A stretch of DNA of 64,000 bases from Candidatus Omnitrophota bacterium (GTDB lineage Bacteria > Omnitrophota > Gorgyraeia > Gygaellales > Profunditerraquicolaceae): assembly GCA_003598025.1 (NCBI GenBank), contig QZKH01000003.1, forward strand, positions 503,221-567,220, in the 5' to 3' direction. Under the pieces are notes generated by a model. The model saw only the letters and a list, made by a program, of their open reading frames with translations. It was not told where the DNA came from and made no database searches. How positions within the stretch are numbered: position 1 is the stretch's first letter; each line of letters starts with the position of its first letter. The position numbers and the translations under genes were made by a program. Of this stretch, positions 50,012-58,783 are shown piece by piece.

Positions 50012-50665
50012 CTATGTTTCTTTCTTCGCAAGCGAAGATAATTTTTGCACTATATCAACAAGCCGCTCTTTATGTTTTAAGACCGCTTTTAAGATATCCG
50101 TTGTTTCGGCGAGGCGTTCTTTCTCACTCTTCTTTTTATTTAGGCCTTCCTCTTCATCAAGTGTGTAGAGTTCGCATTTATTGATGATATCGCTTGAAAT
50201 ATTTGAGAGATCATGAGCAAGGCGCCTTAAAGAAGTATCTTCTCCCGGCTCCTTAGACATTATTACTTCGAATTTGACTGCCTTTGGATAACTGCGCTCT
50301 AATACTTTTTTAATAAGAACTTCCAGCGTATGAATATCTACCGGCTTATGTACAAAATCTACTATACCTAAATCAGCTATATCCTGCATTTCTTGTTCAG
50401 ACAGGACTGCGCCTGTGACCATGGCTACTTTTGTGTCTTTATCGGTTTCACGCAAGATTCGTAAGACATCCTTACCCTCTAGGTTGCCCTCAAGCTTCAT
50501 GTCCAAAATAACCAAATCGGGTTTATTCTCTTTAATTAATCTAAGCGCTTCCTCTCCGGTACTCGCGGCAGAAACCGTAAAGTTACGCCGCGAAAAATGA
50601 TTAACCAAAGACTCGCGTATATCAACTTCATCATCCACAACTAATAATTTTGGCTTTTCTTCCAT
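50012..50665 (-). CDS. Response regulator with C-terminal H-box/DHp-like helices
   Basis: LVVDDE, ILDMKL, HKP; then LRRLAHDLSN. Confidence 0.85.
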   Translation of the reverse strand: MEEKPKLLVVDDEVDIRESLVNHFSRRNFTVSAASTGEEALRLIKENKPDLVILDMKLEGNLEGKDVLRILRETDKDTKVAMVTGAVLSEQEMQDIADLGIVDFVHKPVDIHTLEVLIKKVLERSYPKAVKFEVIMSKEPGEDTSLRRLAHDLSNISSDIINKCELYTLDEEEGLNKKKSEKERLAETTDILKAVLKHKERLVDIVQKLSSLAKKET

Positions 50666-50715
50666 CTCGCCTTTTATTATACTGCATTTTCTCATAATTG
50701 GAACTGATTTTGACT

Positions 50716-50907
50716 TTAAGTCCATGGGCAAATAAGCTTATGATTAATAATCTTGCAAAAACGGAATATGCTGCATAAGCCGCAGTGCTGCGGCACAACA
50801 GTATTTTTTAATTGCCGGGTATAATGCGAATTCACCTGGACAACCAAAGTGTCGAATTCCTCTTTTGAATGGTTTTCTTTTTTAATCAGGGCTTCAATTA
50901 TTTCCAT
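50716..50907 (-). CDS. Small Cys-rich hypothetical protein
   Basis: HCGLCSIFRFC; overlaps upstream ORF. Confidence 0.5.
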   Translation of the reverse strand: MEIIEALIKKENHSKEEFDTLVVQVNSHYTRQLKNTVVPQHCGLCSIFRFCKIINHKLICPWT

Positions 50908-51082
50908 AATTTATAAGGTTAGAGAAGTTAAATAAATCTAAGATGCTGCGGTCCACCGTTGTGATCCTGTCTTCTCTTTTCTCGCGAATCACTCTAAAGC
51001 TCCCTCCGCATTCGCACTTCAATACTTTTGGCGCCGCGGTATAACCCTCTTCGCCACAGATTTTGCATTTGACTTTTACCAT
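50894..51082 (-). CDS. Small zinc-ribbon protein
   Basis: CKICG...CECGG. Confidence 0.65.
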   Translation of the reverse strand: MVKVKCKICGEEGYTAAPKVLKCECGGSFRVIREKREDRITTVDRSILDLFNFSNLINYGNN

Positions 51083-51127
51083 CGCATCTTTCCTTTCTCC
51101 GTGGCAAAAAGAAAAATTTAAAGCGAC

Positions 51128-51325
51128 CTAGAGGCTCCTGCGAGAGATTAGGGAATTTAATATCTCTTTTGGCAAGATATTATCCCCTGGTACATCCCCC
51201 AGGTCGCCAATTTGCTCGCGCGAATTCTGCTTAGGCATAATCCTTATGGAACCGGCCAAACCGATTAAGAAAGGAAGATGCTTTGTAGCTTCGCATGTAT
51301 CATGAATCAATTTGTGTATGTCCAT
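51128..51325 (-). CDS. Small hypothetical protein
   Basis: AAGGAG RBS, overlaps 3' end of upstream receiver gene. Confidence 0.45.
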   Translation of the reverse strand: MDIHKLIHDTCEATKHLPFLIGLAGSIRIMPKQNSREQIGDLGDVPGDNILPKEILNSLISRRSL

Positions 51326-51704
51326 CTTTCTCCTTGTTTGTTATTTTCGCCAACATTGAGTCAAGGGCGCTAAGAGGAACAGGTTTTTGCATAAACTCTG
51401 AAATATTTAATCCACTGAATTGCGGATCCTTTTGAATATCTAAAGGGTAACCGGATATCATAATAACTTTAACCGATGTATTAAACTGCCTGACTATTTT
51501 CAATAGATCTGCTCCGCTCATGCCAGGCAAGTTCATGTCTAGAATCATTAGATCTGGATTCTGTTCTTTAATAACAGTGATTGCTTCTTCCGGAGCATTT
51601 GCGACCAAAGCATCGTAGCCTTTACGTTTTAAATGAGAAGCGGTGTATTCGCAGACTTCTTTCTCATCATCCACAATTAAAAGTTTTAATTTAGCTTGAT
51701 CCAT
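51300..51704 (-). CDS. Single-domain response regulator
   Basis: LIVDDE, ILDMNLPGMSG, QKP; start at MDQAK after AGGAG. Confidence 0.9.
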   Translation of the reverse strand: MDQAKLKLLIVDDEKEVCEYTASHLKRKGYDALVANAPEEAITVIKEQNPDLMILDMNLPGMSGADLLKIVRQFNTSVKVIMISGYPLDIQKDPQFSGLNISEFMQKPVPLSALDSMLAKITNKEKDGHTQIDS

Positions 51705-51949
51705 TTTGGCTCCTTTAAGTACCTTTTTTAACTTACAGCAGAAGTATAACACACACTTTATCATTTGTCAAGGTTTACTGATAAATATGATAAATAGATA
51801 TAAATATCTGCTATACATAGTGTTATAAGATAATACTACAAAAGGTGCAAATATTATTTAACATATATTTTATCTTTATACAATAAATGATAAAATTTCT
51901 CTTGACAAAACAGGTTCTTAAAGATAGAATTAAATTGGAGGATTTAAAG

Positions 51950-52507
51950 GTGAAAATTCACGAAAAGATAAGATTATTGATTGATGAAAATAGGCTAAAC
52001 CTTGCTGTCTTGCATAGAAAGGTTAAAGAGTTATTTGGAGACGAAGCCATTACGTATTTAACTCTTTACAGGACTGTGCATGGACTCACAAAAATAAGGG
52101 AATCCTCTCTCTTCCAAATCGCCGCTTCTTTGGACATAGCTCCTATAGAAATAAAAAAAGGAACTGATGAGGATATTGAAGTTGACCGCTATGAGTATTC
52201 CAAAAATGCCTATTTTGATGTCTTGACTAAAGACGTGGATTTCCTGCCCATAAAGTTAGTGTTACATCCTAAAGCAAAAACGCTTACTGAGCAGGATCCA
52301 ATTGAGAAAGGGAATTTTATAAAATGGGTTTACCCGCAGCGCGGAGAGATTACCTGCGTAATTACTACTGAAAACGGGATAGAAAGACACGAACTCCAGA
52401 AAACCTCCAAGCCTTTCTGGTTCAAAAGCACCTACCCTCACTATTTTGAAAATACTTCAAAAAGAAAATCAACCTGCCTGGTTATACAGTCTCCTAAATA
52501 CAGATAG
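51950..52507 (+). CDS. XRE-like HTH + cupin transcriptional regulator
   Basis: N-terminal HTH, C-terminal cupin (FWFKSTYPHYFEN); GTG after GGAGG, TTGACA/TAGAAT upstream. Confidence 0.8.
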   Translation: MKIHEKIRLLIDENRLNLAVLHRKVKELFGDEAITYLTLYRTVHGLTKIRESSLFQIAASLDIAPIEIKKGTDEDIEVDRYEYSKNAYFDVLTKDVDFLPIKLVLHPKAKTLTEQDPIEKGNFIKWVYPQRGEITCVITTENGIERHELQKTSKPFWFKSTYPHYFENTSKRKSTCLVIQSPKYR

Positions 52508-52525
52508 CATTATATAGGTAAGGAT

Positions 52526-52918
52526 TTAAGGCACTACCGGATGGTATTTGTTTATGGCTTTAAGCTTCTCCTGGATTTTCGCCATGAGTAACTTTAAAGC
52601 AAGTGGTTTGGGAATATATTCGGCACCTAAGTCCTGGATTTCTTTTGAAACTTCGGCACTATCCCACTTTGTGATCACAAAAACAATCACATCTGGAACT
52701 ATTTTTTTTGCTTCTTTCAAAACTTCTAAGCCTGAAATCCCTGGCATCTTATAATCCAAAAGCATAAGGTCGCAGCCATTTTCTTTTAGATGCGTCAAGG
52801 CCTCGTAACCGTTGGAAGCCTCATAAAGCTCACAATGGAGCCTTTCTGAGATAAATTTATTCAGGGTTTGACGCAATCCATCTTCATCATCTGCAATAAT
52901 AATCTTTGGTATATTCAT
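52526..52918 (-). CDS. Single-domain response regulator
   Basis: IIADDE, LLDYKMPGISG, PKP. Confidence 0.9.
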   Translation of the reverse strand: MNIPKIIIADDEDGLRQTLNKFISERLHCELYEASNGYEALTHLKENGCDLMLLDYKMPGISGLEVLKEAKKIVPDVIVFVITKWDSAEVSKEIQDLGAEYIPKPLALKLLMAKIQEKLKAINKYHPVVP

Positions 52919-52940
52919 AACATCCTCCGGCTTATCAAAC

Positions 52941-53300
52941 TTACTTATAAATCAGCTTAGCCACCACTCCCTCAAGCTCAAGCATATTAAAAGGTTTCTT
53001 GATATAATTATTTGCTCCGAGATCCTGCGCTTCCTTACGCGTCGATTCATCGCCAAGAGCAGTGAACATTACCACAGGCGTTTGCTTGTCATTTTCTCTT
53101 ATGCGCTTTAGCACTTCTAAGCCGTTTATGCCAGGAAGTTTGATATCCAAAAGTACGACATCCGGCTTGTCCTTTTCAAAACTTACAAGGCCGTCTTCTC
53201 CGGTAAAACTGGCCAAAATATGACAGCCTCTTGTCTTGAAGAAACCTTTCAAATAAACAACCGTCTCTCTATCATCATCAATAATCAACAATTTTGCCAT
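52941..53300 (-). CDS. Single-domain response regulator
   Basis: LIIDDD, LLDIKLPGING, KKPF. Confidence 0.92.
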   Translation of the reverse strand: MAKLLIIDDDRETVVYLKGFFKTRGCHILASFTGEDGLVSFEKDKPDVVLLDIKLPGINGLEVLKRIRENDKQTPVVMFTALGDESTRKEAQDLGANNYIKKPFNMLELEGVVAKLIYK

Positions 53301-53302
53301 AG

Positions 53303-53554
53303 TTATTGAATCTTCCTTTTAATCAAGTAGTCAAGGATATCGGAAACTTTCCTTATTTTTTCTGCATCCTCATCGGGTATCTCGATTCCGTACGCCTCTT
53401 CCAAAGCCATAACCAACTCTACGCTGTCTAAGCTATCCATCCCGAGTTCTTCGGTTAAATCAGAATCGATTTTAACCTTGTCCTTATCCACCCCTAATTG
53501 CTCGGAGATAATGGAACTTACCTTAAGAAATGTAGTTTCGTTATATGGGCTCAT
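53303..53554 (-). CDS. acpP: Acyl carrier protein
   Basis: LGMDSLDSVELVMALEEAYGIEIPDEDAEKI with intact phosphopantetheine Ser. Confidence 0.92.
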   Translation of the reverse strand: MSPYNETTFLKVSSIISEQLGVDKDKVKIDSDLTEELGMDSLDSVELVMALEEAYGIEIPDEDAEKIRKVSDILDYLIKRKIQ

Positions 53555-54435
53555 TTTGCAAAAAGTTTGTTTTCAATACAAGTTTCGATAATCCTGGCTT
53601 TTAATTTCTCTATGTGCCTACGCCTGCCCTGGGGGCTGAAATCATCAAGCTGCATTTCCGGCACATCCTTCATCTCTTCATAAAGCTGATCCAGTTTATC
53701 CTTGTGTTCCTGCTCTAAGACATCCCTTCTTGAATGGACAATGAGAGCCTTGACTATGCCCTTTCCCTGTAACTCTAAAATCTCATCAGAAAGATCAAAT
53801 GTACCTGAACCTAATTCATCAGTCTTTTTTAGTGGTACAACCATAGCCAGAATCACTATATCCGGCTTAAATTCTTTGATATTCTCCCTTGCCTCTTCCT
53901 GGGTGTAAATGAAACGCGTTTCAAGCTGCGCCTTGCCAGTCTGGATTAAATCATCCAAAGGGACAAGCGGCAAAGAAGGCTTAGAGTCTTCTATAAAAAG
54001 GATCCTAGCTTTAATAACATGGCCTCCTATTTCTTCGGCTTTTGCCCTCCATGACCAAGAAGGCGGCCTTTTTACCTCTAGAAGCTCTCTCATCCGCTTG
54101 ATAATCGCATCTAAGCGCACTGGTTTTACAAAAAAACCGTCTACTCCCAATTCTTTAGCCCTTTGCAAGAATGTATCCGCATAACCAGTAATAACCATGA
54201 TCCTGGTTTTGGGGCTATGCTGTTTTATAGCCTTGATTACTTCTATACCGTCAACCTTAGGCATCCTCATATCCAAAAGCACAAGGTCGATATTGTTCTC
54301 TTTAATTATCTTAATCGCTTCATCGCCGTCAAATGCAGAAAACATCTGGTGGCCCCTATTTGTTAATACTTCGCTTAAGGTCTCGTTTATTTCCTTCTCA
54401 TCGTCTACTACTAAAATCTTCCTTGTTTCAGCCAT
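53551..54435 (-). CDS. Tandem receiver / pseudo-receiver protein
   Basis: First REC LLDMRMP; second REC-like domain PDIVILAM lacks the phospho-Asp. Confidence 0.85.
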   Translation of the reverse strand: MAETRKILVVDDEKEINETLSEVLTNRGHQMFSAFDGDEAIKIIKENNIDLVLLDMRMPKVDGIEVIKAIKQHSPKTRIMVITGYADTFLQRAKELGVDGFFVKPVRLDAIIKRMRELLEVKRPPSWSWRAKAEEIGGHVIKARILFIEDSKPSLPLVPLDDLIQTGKAQLETRFIYTQEEARENIKEFKPDIVILAMVVPLKKTDELGSGTFDLSDEILELQGKGIVKALIVHSRRDVLEQEHKDKLDQLYEEMKDVPEMQLDDFSPQGRRRHIEKLKARIIETCIENKLFAK

Positions 54436-54452
54436 CCTTACTCCTTTCCATC

Positions 54453-54698
54453 CTAAAGGTATTGATTCCTCGACTGTAATGTCTCTTTTATTTTATTTAA
54501 TTCACCAGCGGCCTCCTGCGCTTTGGTTTCAATAATCTTCAGACCTTTTGTAAACTCATCTTTCAAATTTCCTGGTAGATCCGTACGGTCTTTAATTATA
54601 TCTAGTAAATATCCAGACACAGCGCAAACGCCATTAAGCTGGTTTGCAGCTTCATGGTTCAAATCAGGAATCTTACGAACCTCTTTATTCTCTTCCAT
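54453..54698 (-). CDS. Stand-alone HisKA/DHp-like protein
   Basis: DLNHEAANQLNGVCAVSGYL followed by a second helix; no ATPase domain. Confidence 0.65.
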   Translation of the reverse strand: MEENKEVRKIPDLNHEAANQLNGVCAVSGYLLDIIKDRTDLPGNLKDEFTKGLKIIETKAQEAAGELNKIKETLQSRNQYL

Positions 54699-54704
54699 TA
54701 TACC

Positions 54705-54896
54705 TTATTTCATTACCGACCATATCAAAGATACAACCCAGCCTAAGCCGGTCCACCCTAAAAGAAAATTCAGTAAAAACACTGCAAGTTTATTCTTATG
54801 GTTTCTTAATACCGCAACTAAAGTCGGTAGAAAGTATAACACAATAGCCAAAATAATCAGCGATAGTTCCGGCAAACCAAAGCTTTGAAATAACAT
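54705..54896 (-). CDS. Superinfection immunity protein (T4 Imm-like)
   Basis: YFLPTLVAVLRNHKN...FLLNFLLGWTGLGWVVSLIW. Confidence 0.9.
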   Translation of the reverse strand: MLFQSFGLPELSLIILAIVLYFLPTLVAVLRNHKNKLAVFLLNFLLGWTGLGWVVSLIWSVMK

Positions 54897-54898
54897 AT

Positions 54899-55783
54899 TT
54901 AGATCTCTCTGTATAGCTTATGTTTTATACAAGCTCTCTTTAATGAGTCGCTTAATTTTTCTAAGATCTCTTTATCCGGAAGCATATATTTAGGATCCAG
55001 GGGCGTAGCTACATATGCAAGTCCCCTTTTAATCAAGTTATCCGCCTCCTCCCATTTCATGGCTGGATCGCCAAAAAGGATAATTTCTTTGGGCGGATAA
55101 GGAAAATCCATTAGGCTTGCCGCAAATTCTCCGAAAAGCCCCACGAGGGCAACGTCAAAAAGAATAATGTCCGGCTGAAAATGATGAATGGAATCAAGAT
55201 GTTTGGCGTCTTCAACCATGCCAAACCATTTTATTTCGTATTCCGCCTGGGTACATTCCTTGTTTGAGAAATATTCCTCCAGTAAACCAACCAGCATTTC
55301 CCTGGGTTCGATAAGCAGTATTTTTGCCTTAGGGATAATTTTGTCTTCCGGGAGATCCTTTTCGTTTACTACCGGTTCTTTATCTAGGGTAGCTGTAGTC
55401 TTAGACCCTATGGTCGGGGCTGCGCCTTTACTGAACAGCGCTTCAATCTTTTCTTTAATGTCACTGACCAGAACTGGCTTTACAAAGAAACCGTCTGAGC
55501 CTATCTGATCTACTTTTTTCTTATATTGCGAGTCATAGCCAGTAGTTACCACGACAAACATACCAGGGTAATCTTTACGGATGGTTTTTAATACCTCTAA
55601 ACCGTCTATGCCGGGAAGCTTCATATCAAGAAGTACAAGATCAGGAGCAGAATCCTTGAGTCGTGCGAGTGCGGTCTCCCCGTCAAAAGCCTGTAAAACC
55701 TGGTATCCTCTTAATTGCAGCATACCCGCCAAGGTTTCGGTAACAAGCTTCTCATCGTCAACAATTAATATCTTTTTAGGCAT
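54899..55783 (-). CDS. Tandem receiver protein (paralog of 53551-54435)
   Basis: LIVDDE, LLDMKLP, DGFFVKPV; second degenerate REC PDIILFD. Confidence 0.85.
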   Translation of the reverse strand: MPKKILIVDDEKLVTETLAGMLQLRGYQVLQAFDGETALARLKDSAPDLVLLDMKLPGIDGLEVLKTIRKDYPGMFVVVTTGYDSQYKKKVDQIGSDGFFVKPVLVSDIKEKIEALFSKGAAPTIGSKTTATLDKEPVVNEKDLPEDKIIPKAKILLIEPREMLVGLLEEYFSNKECTQAEYEIKWFGMVEDAKHLDSIHHFQPDIILFDVALVGLFGEFAASLMDFPYPPKEIILFGDPAMKWEEADNLIKRGLAYVATPLDPKYMLPDKEILEKLSDSLKRACIKHKLYREI

Positions 55784-55788
55784 AGTTT

Positions 55789-56151
55789 TTAATCTTTAAG
55801 GTTATTTTCAACCACCTCATCAAGCGTGCTCATTGTAAGAGGCTTGTTCAGAAAAGTTTCTACTCCCATGGTAATTGCTTCTTCTTTAACTTTATCCTCA
55901 AGCGCACCTGTTGAGATAATCACCTTAACAGTAGAGCCAGATTCTCTAATCTTTTTTAAAACATCGAGGCCGGTCATCGGGCCTTCTAACTTATAATCAA
56001 GAAGCGCTAAGTCCGGCTGCTTCTCCAACAATAATTTTACCGCTTCTTCTCCCGAAGAACAAGAATATACTTCCAGGCCCCTTCTTTGAAAATGGCTTTT
56101 GAGAACCTCTGTTACTTCTGCTTCATCATCAACAATGAATAATTTTTTCAT
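55789..56151 (-). CDS. Single-domain response regulator
   Basis: FIVDDE, LLDYKL, NKP. Confidence 0.9.
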   Translation of the reverse strand: MKKLFIVDDEAEVTEVLKSHFQRRGLEVYSCSSGEEAVKLLLEKQPDLALLDYKLEGPMTGLDVLKKIRESGSTVKVIISTGALEDKVKEEAITMGVETFLNKPLTMSTLDEVVENNLKD

Positions 56152-56525
56152 TGTCTGTTGTTGGAGACAGTTTTTGCTGCTTGAGCAATAAACTCTTTTA
56201 GTTTGGCCAAAGGAATCGGCTTTACCAGAAAATAATCCGCCCCTTGTTGAAAAGATTTTTCCTTAGTCGTTTCCACGTCAAATCCGGTTAATACAATCAC
56301 GCATATTTTTGGATTAAATGCTTTCGCTTCTCTTAATACCTGTAGACCTGACATATCTTTTAAATTAAGGTCTAAGATGATAATCTGCGGATTTTGTTCC
56401 TTAATTAGATCTATTGCCGCTTGCCCTGTCGCTGCCTTTAACACCGCATAGCCCTGATTAGCCAAGTTATCAGCCATTTCATTCAAAATAAGCTCGTAAT
56501 CTTCTACGATCAAGAGTTTAAGCAT
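56148..56525 (-). CDS. Single-domain response regulator
   Basis: LIVED, ILDLNL, VKP. Confidence 0.9.
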   Translation of the reverse strand: MLKLLIVEDYELILNEMADNLANQGYAVLKAATGQAAIDLIKEQNPQIIILDLNLKDMSGLQVLREAKAFNPKICVIVLTGFDVETTKEKSFQQGADYFLVKPIPLAKLKEFIAQAAKTVSNNRQ

Positions 56526-58779
56526 TATTTTTGCTTTCCTTAGTTTTTAATAAAGGTAACTCTATGGTAAAAGTTGTTCCTTGTCCGTATTCAGAGGCAA
56601 AATCAATCTTCCCCTTATGGGCAAGAATAAATTTCTTTACAACAAATAGACCAACGCCATGACCTCCTTTGCCGTACCCTTGTAGCCCTGTGGGTTTGCT
56701 ACTGTAATAACCGGCGAATATCTTTCTTTTGTCTTCCTCTTTTATACCTATGCCATTGTCAGTAATGCTTATGATAAGATAGTTATCTTTTACAAAGGCT
56801 TTTAATTCTATATGGGGAGCATAGGAATCGTTTTCAGGCCATTTAAGTTCAGGATTTCTCACTCTGATTTTGTCAATCTTTTCATATACAGCATCAAAAG
56901 AGTTATCTACCAAGTTGAATACGCAGTCTCTTATTTGGGCGTCTGAGCCAAATACCGAAGGCAAGTTTTTATCAATTTGACAGGAAATATCAACTGGTGG
57001 ACGTTTGCCTTCGATTTTATCCTGAGAGTGTTTCATTTCTACAAGCTCGAGGCTTGAATTAATAATTGAAGATGGATCGAATTCCTCAAAGTTCGGTGGC
57101 GTAGTTCCGGTCAGACTCATTATTCCTTTGGTTATCTCGCCTCCATACTGACACTCATCGGAGATTTTTTTAAGCTTAGGAAGAGATTTCTGCAGGATCT
57201 GCTTTGCTTCCGCATCTGAAAGATCGCAAACATTCCTCTCTCCGAGCATATCGAAAATACCGTCACAGGTCATAGATATGGCATAGAGCCGGTTGTTAAA
57301 CTGGTGCCCGGCGCCGAAGGATACGTCCGAAACAGCCTGTTCTCTGGAAGATTCAACTATTCTGTCTTCTTCCCCTTGCCAGAATGAAGCATTCTCGATA
57401 GCAAGCGCTGCCTGATTGGAAAGTACTTGAAGCACGTTAATTTCTTCCTTGGTGAAGGTTTCATCGTTTCTTGATCCGCCAAGAATAAGAAAACCAACCA
57501 ATTCAAGACGAAGAAGGATGGGAATAACAATATTGGCTTTAAATTTTATCAATTCGTTTTCGAGAGGCACAAGGGCATGGTTTGTTGTTGAAACGATCTT
57601 ATGCTTAATTTCTCCATATTCAATCGCTATTTTTTCTGTAAAGAGCTTATCAGCTAAGACAGAATCAAAGGGAATATTTTTAGGTAAACCATCTATTTTC
57701 GGAACAGCATAATAGGAAACCAGATTGAACTGTTTACCTTTAAGAGGATCATTCTCTAGAAGATAAAAGGCAGCATGCTTTAATTGCAAGATTTTTAAAA
57801 CATTATGAACAATCAATCCCAGCAAGGTTCTAATCCTAGTAAAGCGCATCATGTAGGAAGAAAGCTCTCGGAGATTATCCTGACGTTTGCGTTTTTCTGC
57901 AAGAAGACGAGCTTCCACACGACTAGTTAAATATATAAAAATAAATGGTCCTACTGTAGCCAAAATAAAGAAAATAATTAAAGGACACCAGAACCAACTA
58001 TTTCCAAATAAACTTATTAGCACATTTTTCCCAAAACCCGTAATTGCAAAAGGTATGCCTAAAACCAATAGATAGACGGATATGAAAACTCCAATTCGAC
58101 TCAAAGCAACATTAGGATCTACCAAGCGATAACGAAATACAGCATATGCTACAATTCCTATATAGAAACTAATCATTATATTAAAATAAGGAGGCAGATG
58201 GATGCTATACCACATAGGCCAGTTTGTGGCGCCTCCAGCGAAACCGAGCATAGCCGATATAGTAAAATATTTAATTTGCGTTCGTTTAATATCAACGCTT
58301 TCCCGAAGTTTAACTATTAACCAATAGAATCCATATAAACATTGCCAAAACCAAAAAATCAAATAGAGATGAAAGAAAAAAGTTGGGGTTGGCCAAAAAC
58401 CAAGATTATAGCGAGGAGCAAGACCAGTGTATAATCTTGAGGTAAGATTTAATATAATAAAAAATATATTGATAAGAAGAAGCACTCGCAGAAGTTTTCT
58501 TTTTTCCTCAATTAACCCTAGAAAATAGAAAACAAAGTATAGGTAGGTAATATTTATTAAAATTATACCCACAAATAACACTTTAAACCATAATAAAGCC
58601 TGTGATTCTTCTTTAGCTAATTGCCAAAAGAAATAACCAAAACTATAAAGAGCAACACTTAAATTTAGGTTAAAGAAACTGCGATTCAGTGGGTTTTTTA
58701 TATTCTTAATAACGATAAGAATTGAAACCGCAAGACAGGTAATAAAGTTTATTGCCCCTGTAAATCCTAAAAATGACAT
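56518..58779 (-). CDS. Membrane sensor histidine kinase (7TM-type N-terminus, GAF, HisKA, HATPase)
   Basis: Multiple TM helices, GAF ending NQAALAIENA, H-box GHQFNN, NLVDNS, DNGIG, GVGL, GTTF. Confidence 0.92.
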   Translation of the reverse strand: MSFLGFTGAINFITCLAVSILIVIKNIKNPLNRSFFNLNLSVALYSFGYFFWQLAKEESQALLWFKVLFVGIILINITYLYFVFYFLGLIEEKRKLLRVLLLINIFFIILNLTSRLYTGLAPRYNLGFWPTPTFFFHLYLIFWFWQCLYGFYWLIVKLRESVDIKRTQIKYFTISAMLGFAGGATNWPMWYSIHLPPYFNIMISFYIGIVAYAVFRYRLVDPNVALSRIGVFISVYLLVLGIPFAITGFGKNVLISLFGNSWFWCPLIIFFILATVGPFIFIYLTSRVEARLLAEKRKRQDNLRELSSYMMRFTRIRTLLGLIVHNVLKILQLKHAAFYLLENDPLKGKQFNLVSYYAVPKIDGLPKNIPFDSVLADKLFTEKIAIEYGEIKHKIVSTTNHALVPLENELIKFKANIVIPILLRLELVGFLILGGSRNDETFTKEEINVLQVLSNQAALAIENASFWQGEEDRIVESSREQAVSDVSFGAGHQFNNRLYAISMTCDGIFDMLGERNVCDLSDAEAKQILQKSLPKLKKISDECQYGGEITKGIMSLTGTTPPNFEEFDPSSIINSSLELVEMKHSQDKIEGKRPPVDISCQIDKNLPSVFGSDAQIRDCVFNLVDNSFDAVYEKIDKIRVRNPELKWPENDSYAPHIELKAFVKDNYLIISITDNGIGIKEEDKRKIFAGYYSSKPTGLQGYGKGGHGVGLFVVKKFILAHKGKIDFASEYGQGTTFTIELPLLKTKESKNNA

Positions 58780-58783
58780 TATT

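Noticed and set aside
53303-53554. Fatty-acid or PKS biosynthetic cluster
   Set aside because: No ketosynthase, ligase or other fab genes nearby; the ACP is embedded among signalling genes
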